From a virus (Duplodnaviria; Caudoviricetes), in IMG/VR virus record IMGVR_UViG_3300037255_000025, positions 32,001 to 96,000 of that record: a DNA stretch of 64,000 nucleotides. One strand, given 5' to 3'. Both the position numbers and the translations under genes were made by a program. Numbering within the stretch: the stretch's first letter is position 1; each line of letters begins with the position of its first letter. The notes below the pieces were generated by a model. That model saw only the letters and a list, made by a program, of their open reading frames with translations. It made no database searches and was not told the DNA's origin. Positions 18,934 to 29,266 of the stretch are shown piece after piece.

Positions 18934-21213
18934 GTGGCAGCTCGGATCCAGGTCAACGGCGGCGCGGTCGGCGTAGGATCGCTCGCGTGCCCCCACGCGG
19001 AGCCTGTGGCGCTCACGGACGCGGGCGGCGGAACCCCGACGTCGCGCCAATGGGTCGTCACGTACTGGCCCGCGCCACTTCTGACGCCCCCGACGCTCTC
19101 GACGCCCACGACCAGTTCGTCCGGGTTCAGCGGGCTCCCGGGCACCTACGTGATCCAGCTTACCCGGGTGGAGTCGACGGGCGCCACCACGACCCAGTCG
19201 GTCCTGGTTGGAATCGAAGACGTCAACGGAAACGTTCTGCCGAGTCCTGGCGTACCCGACGCGCTCTACGGCCTCTTGGGCAACAGCCCTGCGTTCGCCT
19301 CCCACGGGGCTTACGTCACCGGCGAGTCGCTCGTGACGAACGACAACCCCACGCGGGTCTACGGGTGCGTCTCAGGCGGGACCGACGCCGGCTCTTCCGG
19401 CCCCACCGGAACCGGGTCGACCATCGTCGTCGGTGGCTTGACCTGGCAGTACCTCGGCACGGCCTCCCAACAAGTCGCCGCGGCCGCGACGGCAGGATGG
19501 AGCGGCAGCGCGTTCGGCGGCACGCCGAACCTGATGGACGCCGCCCTGCGCGACCTTACAACGCTCGCGCCCGGGACCGCTATCCCGGACTCGAATGAAG
19601 GGCAGATCGGCTACATTTTGGCTGTTGCGTCCCCCGGGGTCGCGGCGTGGGAGGTGCTACCGCCAGGCTTCAACGCGGGAGCCGATCTAGGCGGTACCTC
19701 CGCGGACCAGACGGTCGTGGCCATCCAAGGTCTCCCGACGGTGGGAAGCGCAGAAGCCGTTAGCGGCAACGTTGCCCAAGTCTTGCCGTCCGCCTTGTGG
19801 GTTGAACCCACGGGAATTTCTTGGGACGGAACGCACCTGTGGGTGCTCGACGGCGAGGTCAACACCGCTACGGGCCACGTTAGCGTTTACGAAACGGACG
19901 GCGCGACATTCGTCACCCCATATGGGCTCGACCCTAGCGTGACGCTGGGGCTGAGGATCCTCTATAGCTCGGCCGCGGGGTACAACCTCGTGGGCGTCCA
20001 AAACAACACCTCCAACACGTACTACCTGTACGTCGTCAACACGTCCGGGGCGGTTATCGGCATCGGCTCCTTTCCAGGACTCAGCTCCAGCGGGTGCACG
20101 GGGCTCGCGTTCGACTCGTCGGGGAACGTTTGGACGGCGGACGCGACCTACGGGCTCCAATGCTTCAACATCGCCTCCATGGTGTCGCGCGGCCTGGGCA
20201 CGCCCACGCCACCGACTCAAACCTTGGCGTTCTCGGGGTGCGCCGACGTTTGCTTCGACGGGACGTACTTGTACGCGTGCGCGGGGACGACCCTCAAAAA
20301 GGTCAACGCCTCTACCGCGACGGTGCTGGCAACCGCAACGGCGTCCACCGCCATCGCGGCGCTCTTTTACCACGCCAGCACGGGGCCTAGCTTCTACGCC
20401 AGCGCCGCCAACGCGACCGCGCTTTTCAAGGTCACCTCCGCACTCGCGATCACCACCGTCACGTCGAGCGGTAGCGGTTCCTCGGGGTTCGGCCGTCTGA
20501 ACACAGACGGGGGCGGGACGTACGTGTACGTGGCGCGCTCGCCCGGCGTAGACGTGTTCAACATCACGACGCCGGCTTGGTATGCCCAGTACGCGACCCT
20601 TGCCCCGTTCAGCAGCGCTAGCGTGGTCAATGGCCTTGTTAGCGACGGGTCGTCCGTTTGGTGCTGCGTTGCCGGGTCTTCGGGCGTTTCGTCTGGCCTA
20701 CAGCAGTTCACCTCTGCTGGACCGTCGTCGCTGTACGTCGGGCCGCTGTCGCTCGCCTACGCCGCCGGGACCCCCTCGACGGGACTCGTGCTCGGCTACA
20801 ACGGCACCGCTTGGGTAGCGACTACCCCGTCCCCCGCGACAGTCTCCCTGGTGTCTGAGACGGTGTCGACGACGTCAACCTCCGCCGTTACAGTGGGCTC
20901 TCGTGGTTTCGACCCGAGCGCTTACGCAAGCGTGGGCAGGACGATCAAGCTGTGGGCCGTCGCCCAGGTCGCTTCCGCAAGCGACACCCTTACGATTTCG
21001 CTCGTAGACGCGAGCGACACAACGACGATCGCCACGCTCACAACGACGTCCACTGTAGCTGTGGAGCTTTCTACGACTCTCACGGTATCGAGCGCGGGGA
21101 GTGGTACCCTCGCGAACAGCAGAAAACTCTACTACGCCACGATTCAGCGCACCGGGGGCGTCTCGAGTGACGGCGTCACGATTCACTCCTGCTCACTCGA
21201 GGTTACGTACTAG
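18934..21213 (+). CDS. tail fibre/receptor-binding protein with beta-propeller-like repeats
   Basis: PTGISWDGTHLWV, GLAFDSSGNVW, VCFDGTYLY, LVSDGSSVW. Confidence 0.7.
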   Translation: MAARIQVNGGAVGVGSLACPHAEPVALTDAGGGTPTSRQWVVTYWPAPLLTPPTLSTPTTSSSGFSGLPGTYVIQLTRVESTGATTTQSVLVGIEDVNGNVLPSPGVPDALYGLLGNSPAFASHGAYVTGESLVTNDNPTRVYGCVSGGTDAGSSGPTGTGSTIVVGGLTWQYLGTASQQVAAAATAGWSGSAFGGTPNLMDAALRDLTTLAPGTAIPDSNEGQIGYILAVASPGVAAWEVLPPGFNAGADLGGTSADQTVVAIQGLPTVGSAEAVSGNVAQVLPSALWVEPTGISWDGTHLWVLDGEVNTATGHVSVYETDGATFVTPYGLDPSVTLGLRILYSSAAGYNLVGVQNNTSNTYYLYVVNTSGAVIGIGSFPGLSSSGCTGLAFDSSGNVWTADATYGLQCFNIASMVSRGLGTPTPPTQTLAFSGCADVCFDGTYLYACAGTTLKKVNASTATVLATATASTAIAALFYHASTGPSFYASAANATALFKVTSALAITTVTSSGSGSSGFGRLNTDGGGTYVYVARSPGVDVFNITTPAWYAQYATLAPFSSASVVNGLVSDGSSVWCCVAGSSGVSSGLQQFTSAGPSSLYVGPLSLAYAAGTPSTGLVLGYNGTAWVATTPSPATVSLVSETVSTTSTSAVTVGSRGFDPSAYASVGRTIKLWAVAQVASASDTLTISLVDASDTTTIATLTTTSTVAVELSTTLTVSSAGSGTLANSRKLYYATIQRTGGVSSDGVTIHSCSLEVTY

Positions 21214-21215
21214 CC

Positions 21216-22169
21216 ATGGCCGACTACCCCTCCCTCGTAAAGACCTGGCTCGCTCCGACGGCGGGCCCCAACCTCGCGCTGCCCACGACGGGCACGCAGC
21301 TTGGAGACGCCAAGGCACTTCTTTGGGCGATCTACCAAATGTTCATCGGGTTCGCGACGAACCCGATGACGTTGGTCAGCTCCAACGCGTTCGGGTCGTC
21401 CTCAGCGCTCACGTGGGCTGCGAGCGGCACCGCACACTCGTGGATCGTGCTGAAGCAGGCCGGCTCCAACGCGCAGCTTTTGATCGCGTGCAGCAACGCA
21501 TCGTCAACCAACCTCAACGTCTCCGTCTCGCCGAGCGTCGGATTCGCGGGCGGTACAACGCTACTCGACCCGACCGCGAGCGATAGCTTCGCGCTGCTGA
21601 CCAACGCAAGCTGGGGCGCGAACGCCGCCACGGCGACCTACAAGCTCCAGGGCATTCAGGCTAGCGACGGGACGATTACCCGCATCATGATTTGCCAGCA
21701 TGAGACCGGCGTTGGTGGTGTTGTTAGCGGCTACGTCACTCTTGAGGTACCCGCAAACCCGGTGAGCGGTTGGAGCAACCCCGTGGTCGGCGTCTGGCTC
21801 GGGTCCAGCAGCGCGACCCAGGTCTTGACCGCTAGTTCACTGCGTAACGCCGCAGCATTCCAAGGCCGCGGTGTCTCGACGATGTCGCTGTACTGCACCA
21901 GCGAGTACACGTCGAACAACTACGTCGAATCCCTTTTCTTCGCGCCAAACGACTTGTCGCAGGAGTGGCCCGCGCCTCCCATCGGCTTGTTCTCCCTTAC
22001 GACGAGCAACCGCGGGCGCCACGGGTCGTTTTATGACGCCTGGTGGACCCCCGGCGTGTTCGTGGCTGTGGGCGGCGTCGGGTTCAGCAACGCCTCCGCG
22101 TGGGGGTACGCGCCATTCGGGTGCCTGATGCTGCCGTGGCCGTCGGGCGTTCCCGTACAGTACAGTTAG
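21216..22169 (+). CDS. tail-fibre-associated protein, paralog A
   Basis: Collinear similarity to next ORF. Confidence 0.65.
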   Translation: MADYPSLVKTWLAPTAGPNLALPTTGTQLGDAKALLWAIYQMFIGFATNPMTLVSSNAFGSSSALTWAASGTAHSWIVLKQAGSNAQLLIACSNASSTNLNVSVSPSVGFAGGTTLLDPTASDSFALLTNASWGANAATATYKLQGIQASDGTITRIMICQHETGVGGVVSGYVTLEVPANPVSGWSNPVVGVWLGSSSATQVLTASSLRNAAAFQGRGVSTMSLYCTSEYTSNNYVESLFFAPNDLSQEWPAPPIGLFSLTTSNRGRHGSFYDAWWTPGVFVAVGGVGFSNASAWGYAPFGCLMLPWPSGVPVQYS

Positions 22170-22179
22170 GGGTACTACC

Positions 22180-23505
22180 ATGAGCGCCACCTACCCCACG
22201 CTCGACCTCACCTGGCAGGAGTCGGTCACATCCGTAGCCGCGCAGGGCACCGCCCTGGCATGCTCGCAAGTCCTGCTGCTCACGATCGTCAACGCGCTGC
22301 TCGGGTTTGCGTCCGCGCCCCCGCAGGTGCGCGGGAGTAGCAACTCGGTCTCGGCATCGCTTCTCGCTCAGTCGGCCACCGGACCCGGAACAAATTATTG
22401 GTCGTTGAGCACCAACCTGGTATGGGCCGCGAACGGCACGGCTCATTCGTGGATCGTGCTGAGGCAGGCCGGTTGGGGCAACGGAACGTACCCGGAGGTC
22501 CTCATCTCCTGCGTCAGCGGCTCGTCAACATTGACGGTTCGGGTTTCCCCCTCTGCGGGGTTCGCTGGAGGAAGCGCCACGACGGACCCGACCGCAACGG
22601 ACTCCCAGACGCTAGGTAGCAACGCGAGCTGGGGGGTGACGGGCAGCAACCAGGCCTACGTCGCGTCCGTGTGGCAGGACACAACAGGCAAGTGCACCCG
22701 CATTGGAATCGGCACCGCAACGGCAACGAGCGGGTATATCGCCTGGGAAACCGCCAAGAACCCTGTCTCTGGTTGGACGAACCCGATCGTCTTCGGGATG
22801 ATCGGAACCAACTCAGGGGCCAACCAGCTCACGAGCAACGGCTTCTGGCACAACATTGGGCCGTGGCAAACCGTGGTCAACGGCAGCTTGGTCAGTCTGT
22901 GGTGGACGAGCGAGTCATGTCAACCCTCCGTTACTCTCATCACGACAGGACTCCTAGCGCCAAACGACTTGTCGGGGAGCTATCCCGCGGCGCCAATTGG
23001 CCTGTTCGTGGTTACGGCCGGTTCGGGGGCGTCGAGCGTTGGTCGTGGCCGAATCGGGATGTTCTACGATCTATGGTGGGGGACCAGCTCCGTCACGAAT
23101 GCCTCGCCCTACGCGGGCGCTACGGCCCACCAATACGTCCAGTTCGGCGAGTGCATTTTCCCAAACCCGCTAGGAACCGCGTACCCGGGCGGACCCTCCA
23201 CGGACCTGACGCTCTACGGAACGTACGGGCTCGGTACGAGCAACGGAGGCAAAGGCAGCAACTACGGACAGCTCACCACAAGCTCAAACCCGTTGGGTGC
23301 GGCGAAGCTGTCTGCTGCCGTTACGTATTGGTACCAAATGGTCTGCTGCGACGCGGTTTCGTCCGCCACGGCGTCGTGGCTCGTACAAGGTGCCCCGGAT
23401 CCCACCGCAACGACGGTTGCTGCCCTCGCGGCCATCGCGAACGCGGGCCTCGCGACCCCGGTGCGCTTCGTCCGTATCGCAGCTTCGTGGCCGTCGCCCA
23501 ACTGA
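22180..23505 (+). CDS. tail-fibre-associated protein, paralog B
   Basis: WAANGTAHSWIVL, NPVSGW, APNDLS shared with paralog A. Confidence 0.65.
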   Translation: MSATYPTLDLTWQESVTSVAAQGTALACSQVLLLTIVNALLGFASAPPQVRGSSNSVSASLLAQSATGPGTNYWSLSTNLVWAANGTAHSWIVLRQAGWGNGTYPEVLISCVSGSSTLTVRVSPSAGFAGGSATTDPTATDSQTLGSNASWGVTGSNQAYVASVWQDTTGKCTRIGIGTATATSGYIAWETAKNPVSGWTNPIVFGMIGTNSGANQLTSNGFWHNIGPWQTVVNGSLVSLWWTSESCQPSVTLITTGLLAPNDLSGSYPAAPIGLFVVTAGSGASSVGRGRIGMFYDLWWGTSSVTNASPYAGATAHQYVQFGECIFPNPLGTAYPGGPSTDLTLYGTYGLGTSNGGKGSNYGQLTTSSNPLGAAKLSAAVTYWYQMVCCDAVSSATASWLVQGAPDPTATTVAALAAIANAGLATPVRFVRIAASWPSPN

Positions 23506-23522
23506 TCGCGTAGCCTCGCCCG

Positions 23523-24626
23523 ATGCCGAGTTTTGGCGTAGGCCCCTGGGGTAACGGAGGTGTAGGTGGCGCCACCACGGCGGCCCTGACGGTGTTCGAC
23601 TACGCGGCAGGCACGACGCAGCTCGCGGTCCCAGACCCCGACGGCTTCGTCGCGCCCTTGAACCTGCGATCGATCTTCAGCGTCGGCACGGCTCAGTTCG
23701 TCCTCGGGAGCGACCTTCCCGGGGAGATGTGGCGTGCGGCCGCGGGGGACTACGTCGAGGTCGCGCAGCTTGCCGACTGGGCGGCGAATGTTCTGCGCGT
23801 TGCGGTACAGGTCCGACCCCCTGTGCCGCTCGCGCCCGGCGTCGTCTGGACCGTGACGTTCACCGTCGACGGCGCCACGTGGGACAGCTTCACCTTCGCG
23901 CCCGGCGACCCGCCGCGCATGCGTCAAAGCATCGCGGTCCGGGGCGCATCCATCGGCGCGACCCCGCACAACGTCGCGGTCCGGCTCACGCTCACGTCGT
24001 CGCCCACGATCGCGGCCGCACAGCCAATCCCGCACCCCTCGGTCGCGTTGCCGCCGATGGTGGTCGCGGCCGGCTCAGTCGGGACCGACATCTCGACCTT
24101 TACGGGGTCAGGCGTTCTACACGTCGCGGCCGTACCGGGCGGCTACCCTACGGCGGGATCGATGTACCTCCCGCGGCTCGACGCGGTCGTGTCGTTCACC
24201 GGTGCGTCGGGCGCCACCGTCACGGGCTGCACGACCCAGGGTGGGGCCTCCGGGGCTCTCGCACTTGCGGACGCCGCGCTGGGCCTCCATGGCACCCAGG
24301 TTACGCTCTCGGTCTCGGGCGCGACCAACCCACCGTCCCCCGCACCGATCGTCCTCACGACCACCACACCGCACGGCCTGCTCTCGGGCGACGCCGTCGC
24401 GATTACGGGCGTCTTGGGCAACACGGCGGCGAACGGCCTGTGGCAGGTCACGGCGATCGACGCGATGCATCTCGCGCTCGTTGGATCGGTTGGAACCGCG
24501 GTCTACACGTCCGGCGGCACCGTCACGAGCCCCCCGAGCGCGCCAGTCCTGTACAGTGCGGGCATGCGGTCTCTGGTGGAGTTGCCGGGCGTCTACGTCG
24601 TCTGTTTTGCGCAGGACAACTCATGA
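23523..24626 (+). CDS. virion structural protein with repeat modules
   Basis: FGVGPWG start, VAAGSVGTD and TTTPHGL modules. Confidence 0.65.
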   Translation: MPSFGVGPWGNGGVGGATTAALTVFDYAAGTTQLAVPDPDGFVAPLNLRSIFSVGTAQFVLGSDLPGEMWRAAAGDYVEVAQLADWAANVLRVAVQVRPPVPLAPGVVWTVTFTVDGATWDSFTFAPGDPPRMRQSIAVRGASIGATPHNVAVRLTLTSSPTIAAAQPIPHPSVALPPMVVAAGSVGTDISTFTGSGVLHVAAVPGGYPTAGSMYLPRLDAVVSFTGASGATVTGCTTQGGASGALALADAALGLHGTQVTLSVSGATNPPSPAPIVLTTTTPHGLLSGDAVAITGVLGNTAANGLWQVTAIDAMHLALVGSVGTAVYTSGGTVTSPPSAPVLYSAGMRSLVELPGVYVVCFAQDNS

Positions 24627-27403
24627 CGACCCGCCTTATTCTGCTCGACCAGGATCCCGAGCCCGACGACGGCGCGGCAGAGCTAACGTACGTCCGGCTT
24701 AGTGCGACCGACGCGGGCTCCAGCGGCGTCGACCCGAACAACGTCGACGTGCGCGTGCTGCGCGCGGTGCCGATCTCCGGTGCGGTCCCGAGCCCCGCGG
24801 GCGACGCCGTCCTGCTGTCGTTCGCGTCGCCCCACGGTCTCGGCCCGTCGACGATCACGACGGTGTCGGTGTCGTCCGCCGCGCTTTCGGCGTCGCCCTC
24901 GACGGTCACGACCAGCACCCCGCACGGCCTCGTAACCGGCCAAGAGGTCTTGATTTCGGGCATCAAAGGCAACACCTCGCTCAACGGCAACTGGTTCGTG
25001 ACCGTCGTCGACACGACCCACTTCACCGTACCGGTCGCGGGCGTCGCGCCCTACACGGGGGGCGGGACCGTCGTGGGCCCGATCGAGCAATCTGCCCAAG
25101 TTCTGGTCGCGGGGATCGTCGGGTTCGGTCTCGCGCTGAACACCGCGTGGACCGCGACGGTCTTGGACCCGTCGACGCTCAGCGTCCCTTTCGCGCCCCC
25201 CGCGGGCGCGGCGTATACCACGGGCGGCAGCGTCACGGTCGCGTCGATGCCGCTCGCGGGCGCGTCCGACACGACGCCCGTCGTGATCACGACCGAGTAC
25301 CCGCACGGCCTCGGCCCGGTCAACACGATCGTCCAAGCGCTCGTGTCCGACGCGGGGGTTTGGACGGGGGCGAACGGGGACTGGGTGGGGGTCGTCACGG
25401 GAACAACGACCGTGTCGCTCGCGGGGTCGGTCCCGGTGAGCCTTCCGCCGCCGCACTCCGGCGCCACCGGTGAGGTCGTGTTCTGTGCGGGGTCCGGCGC
25501 GGCCCTCGCCTACCGCGCAGGATCAATCCAGAGCGGTTGGAGCGGGACCGCCGCGCTCTTGGTCGACGGCAAGACGCTCGCGCTCAATCTCGCGCCAGCG
25601 GTGCCGCTGGTGAGCGCGGCACCGCACTTCGTCCGCGCGATCGTCAACGATGTCGGCGCGGACATCTCGCCGCTCGTGACGCTGTACGGGTTCACGACCC
25701 TCAACGACTTGGCGCCGGCTGTGATGTCGGCGGTCGCGTTGGACCCCGAGACCGTCCAGCTCGCATTCTACGTCCCGGTGTTGCAGGAAAGCGTGACAGG
25801 CTCGAGCGACGCACTCAACCCGGCGAACTACACGGTCGTCCCCACCGCGGGCCTGCCGGCGGTCGCGCCCCCGGTCACGAGCGTCGCGCAGGTCGCGCCC
25901 CCGGGCCAACCCGGATACGCAGCCAACACGGTCCTGCTCTCGCTCGAGTACCCTATGACGCGCGGCGCGACCTACCTCGTGACCGTCACGGCCGTCCAAG
26001 ACCTCGTCGGCAACGTCGCGGCCCCGCCGACCAACACGGCGTCGTTCGTCGGGTGGCAATCGGTCGTACCGGGTCGCGTCTTCTCGGCCTACTCATGGTG
26101 GCCGGTCGTGAACCAGCTCGAGGACACCTCGGGCGACCTACGGAACCTGATCGCGTGCTTCCAGGAGGTCGCGGACACCATCCTGGGCGAGATCGATACG
26201 TTCCTGGACATCCTGGACCCCGACCTCGCGCCGGCCGCGTGGCTTCCGTCAATGCTGGCGGACCAGGGCAACCCGTTCGCGTTTTTGCTCGGTCAACTCT
26301 CCGCCAACGACCAACGCCGCCTGGCCCATGCGCTTGTTTTCGTCTACCAGCTCAAGGGCACCGACACCGGCATCGTCCAAGCGCTCAACTTCTTCCTGGG
26401 CATCGAGGCGACGGTTTCGTACGAGTCGCCGGGCGACCAACCGCTGGGCCTCGGGTGCCTGACGGGTCCGGTATCCACGACGGTCGCGGCCGGGTCCGCG
26501 ACCGTGCCGTTCCCCGCGTTGGTCTCACCCCCGACGACCTTCAGCCTCAACGTCGTCAGCACCAGCGGCTTCGCCGCGCCCACGGGGCAGCTCCGGGTCG
26601 ACGGTCAAGTCGTCACGTACACGGCGGCGCAGCCTTCGATCGCGTACGCCCCTCCGGTGCTCAAGGTCGCGGCCGGCTCGGTCGGAACCGACGTCTCGAC
26701 CTTCACGGGGTCGGGCGTCTTGTCGGTCGCGTCGGTACCCGCGGGTTACCCGGGCGCGGGCACGGTCTACCTCCCGCGGCTTGGCGCGCTCGTCTCATTC
26801 ACGGGAACCTCCGGCGCGACCCTCGCGGGGTGCGCAACGCTCAACGGCGCCTCGGGTGCGCTCGACCTCAACGACATCGTCAACGCCGTGAGCGGGCCCG
26901 ACGTCTCGACCCTCACAGGCGCGGGCGTTCTGCTGACCTCGACGCTACCGCCGAGCTACCCGACCTCGGGTAGCGTCTACCTAAAGCGCCTCGGTGCCAC
27001 CGTGACGTTCACCGGCGCGACCAGCGCGAGCTTGACGGGGTGCGCGGTCGTGGGGGTCGCGGGGGGCGCAATCCTCGCGGGGGACGAGATCGCTGGAACG
27101 GTCTTCGCCAACTGCACCGGCGGGGTCGCGACGCCCGCGCTGGACGACGTCGTCCAGCCCGTCGGTCTGTCGATCCGGCTTGGCGCTGCCCCGTACACGG
27201 CCGAGCTGATGACGTTCTTCGTGGACATCCCGGCGGGCCTGACGGCGCAACAGGTCGCCAACGCAGAGGCGATCATCGGGTACATGCGCCGGGCCGGGAC
27301 GCGGCCAGTCCTGCGGACCCCCGAGCAGGCCGCGCCCGCGGTCCCGATGCTCACGTTGGGCGAGTTCACGATCGGGCCCGGCGGCTCGTGGCAGTTAGTG
27401 TAG
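24623..27403 (+). CDS. tail protein with P2 gpI-like domain and Ig-like/repeat modules
   Basis: LDPDLAPAAWLPSML...YQLKGT..GI. Confidence 0.75.
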   Translation: MTTRLILLDQDPEPDDGAAELTYVRLSATDAGSSGVDPNNVDVRVLRAVPISGAVPSPAGDAVLLSFASPHGLGPSTITTVSVSSAALSASPSTVTTSTPHGLVTGQEVLISGIKGNTSLNGNWFVTVVDTTHFTVPVAGVAPYTGGGTVVGPIEQSAQVLVAGIVGFGLALNTAWTATVLDPSTLSVPFAPPAGAAYTTGGSVTVASMPLAGASDTTPVVITTEYPHGLGPVNTIVQALVSDAGVWTGANGDWVGVVTGTTTVSLAGSVPVSLPPPHSGATGEVVFCAGSGAALAYRAGSIQSGWSGTAALLVDGKTLALNLAPAVPLVSAAPHFVRAIVNDVGADISPLVTLYGFTTLNDLAPAVMSAVALDPETVQLAFYVPVLQESVTGSSDALNPANYTVVPTAGLPAVAPPVTSVAQVAPPGQPGYAANTVLLSLEYPMTRGATYLVTVTAVQDLVGNVAAPPTNTASFVGWQSVVPGRVFSAYSWWPVVNQLEDTSGDLRNLIACFQEVADTILGEIDTFLDILDPDLAPAAWLPSMLADQGNPFAFLLGQLSANDQRRLAHALVFVYQLKGTDTGIVQALNFFLGIEATVSYESPGDQPLGLGCLTGPVSTTVAAGSATVPFPALVSPPTTFSLNVVSTSGFAAPTGQLRVDGQVVTYTAAQPSIAYAPPVLKVAAGSVGTDVSTFTGSGVLSVASVPAGYPGAGTVYLPRLGALVSFTGTSGATLAGCATLNGASGALDLNDIVNAVSGPDVSTLTGAGVLLTSTLPPSYPTSGSVYLKRLGATVTFTGATSASLTGCAVVGVAGGAILAGDEIAGTVFANCTGGVATPALDDVVQPVGLSIRLGAAPYTAELMTFFVDIPAGLTAQQVANAEAIIGYMRRAGTRPVLRTPEQAAPAVPMLTLGEFTIGPGGSWQLV

Positions 27404-27413
27404 GCTACGCCCC

Positions 27414-29249
27414 ATGGCGAACCGCTGGATCCAGTGGCAAGGGCAGTACGTCGCGGCGTCGGACCTCAACACGTCGGCGGCGGGCCTGGAGGCCGCGGAC
27501 CGAGCGCTCGCCGCCGACCTCGGGTTTTTCGGCATCGTGGTCGGCGGCGCGTGCGCCCAGGCGGTCTCGCCCGCGATGTCGATCGTGCTCGCCGGGCCCA
27601 CGGTCGCGTACGATCAGCTCGGCCAGCGCATCTACGTCGCGGCGAGCCAGACGATCGACCTGTCGGTCGACTACCTCGGACAGTCCACGACGGTCGCGAC
27701 CGTCGGGCACAGCAAGGTCCTCAGCGTCTTTCTCCAGTTCACGCGCAACAACACGCAGGCCGTCGTCGACGGCGAAACGCCGCCGCAGACCGTCTACGTC
27801 AATCAAGCCGAGAGCTACCAGATCCTGGTCTACCAGGGCGCCGAGTCCGCCAGCCCGTCGCGCCCTGCGCTGCTGAGCAACGGCGTCCTGCTTTGCGACG
27901 TCATCATCGCGTACGGTCAGACGCAGGTCCACACCGACGGGACCGCCGCAGGCGGCAGCCCGGTGGGCCACGACGTCTATGAGACCGTGGGCGACACGTA
28001 CAACGCCGCGACCTCGCGGCAGCAGCTCCTGTTCGCCGTGCCGCACCAGAACACCTGGGCTGGTCTCATGGGCAACGGCGCCGGGCTCAACGACATCTTC
28101 ACTTCGATCTCGAACGAGATCGACACGTTCACGGCCGCGGGTGTCGTCAACTACCTCGGGTCCCACTACACCCCGAATGTACAAGGTACGTGGCGCGACG
28201 GAAGCTACCTCGCCCCGCAAAACACGCTCGGCGACGCCATCAGCGACGTCATCGTCATCTTGGGATGGGACACTACGGGGTCGAACACCGACGGCGCGTC
28301 TAAGGTTGGCTCTCAGTTGATCCCGACGCTCACGAGCGGCGTACAGATCAACGCGGGCTCGGTCCACGCGCAGTTGGTCGCGCTCAAGAGCGCCGCCAAC
28401 CTCGACTTCTCGACCACCGCGACGTGGGCCAACGGGTCCATCCTGGTCGACGGAGACCTCCAAGACGTCATCAACTCGCAGATCGTGGGAGCTCTCGCGT
28501 CCACGTCGACCGGGACGTTGTACGTCGGCGGGCCCGCGATCTCCTCCACGACGGGGCTGTCTGCCGTCGCGGCTGGTACGTTGAGTAGTCAGCTCAACGC
28601 ACTCAAGAGCAGCGCTAACATCGATTCCACCGCGTACTCCGCAGGCGGCGCGATCCCGCTGAACAACTCCAGCGTCCAGAGCAACCTGATCGCGCTCGCG
28701 ATCGCCGCCGCCCCGCGCGCGAGCCCGACGTTCACCGGGACCGTGACGGTCCCGGCGCCCACGATCAGCAGCCAAGTCGTCGGCCCCTCGGTTACGGGTA
28801 CGCCGAGCATCACACGCGTTCAGCAAGGCCCTTGGTGCGTGACGAACGCAACGTACGCGAACGGCGGCATTGCCGCCCTCGGACAGGTCACGGCCAACGC
28901 GGGGGACTCTTGGGGACAGCAGCTCGACCTACCGCACGGATGCGCGGTTTCGAGCATCAAGGTCAATCTTGCCTCCTATGGCGGCCCCGGGGCCGCCACG
29001 CAGGCACAGCTCAAGCTCATCCAAATCAGTGCGCTGTCCCAAGCCACGACGATTTTGGGAACCGTCAGCGACAGCTACAACGCCGCGGACCACGACCTCA
29101 CGTTGACGGTCTCGACCACGGTCGACCGATCGCAGTATTTCTACGTTGCGCTGTTTGTGGCTGAGAGCGGCAGCGGCGCAGCGTCGCGCGGAATCGCGGC
29201 GTCACGTGTGACGTTCACGCTGTCCACGATGGACATCGCCGCGGCCTAG
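27414..29249 (+). CDS. tail fibre-like protein
   Basis: Follows gpI-like gene; ASPTFTGTVTVP fibre motif. Confidence 0.65.
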   Translation: MANRWIQWQGQYVAASDLNTSAAGLEAADRALAADLGFFGIVVGGACAQAVSPAMSIVLAGPTVAYDQLGQRIYVAASQTIDLSVDYLGQSTTVATVGHSKVLSVFLQFTRNNTQAVVDGETPPQTVYVNQAESYQILVYQGAESASPSRPALLSNGVLLCDVIIAYGQTQVHTDGTAAGGSPVGHDVYETVGDTYNAATSRQQLLFAVPHQNTWAGLMGNGAGLNDIFTSISNEIDTFTAAGVVNYLGSHYTPNVQGTWRDGSYLAPQNTLGDAISDVIVILGWDTTGSNTDGASKVGSQLIPTLTSGVQINAGSVHAQLVALKSAANLDFSTTATWANGSILVDGDLQDVINSQIVGALASTSTGTLYVGGPAISSTTGLSAVAAGTLSSQLNALKSSANIDSTAYSAGGAIPLNNSSVQSNLIALAIAAAPRASPTFTGTVTVPAPTISSQVVGPSVTGTPSITRVQQGPWCVTNATYANGGIAALGQVTANAGDSWGQQLDLPHGCAVSSIKVNLASYGGPGAATQAQLKLIQISALSQATTILGTVSDSYNAADHDLTLTVSTTVDRSQYFYVALFVAESGSGAASRGIAASRVTFTLSTMDIAAA

Positions 29250-29266
29250 CGCACGGAACACCTAGA

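Noticed and set aside
35-29249. Stand-alone bacterial eCIS/tailocin locus
   Set aside because: Contiguous with a full phage replication module and early genes
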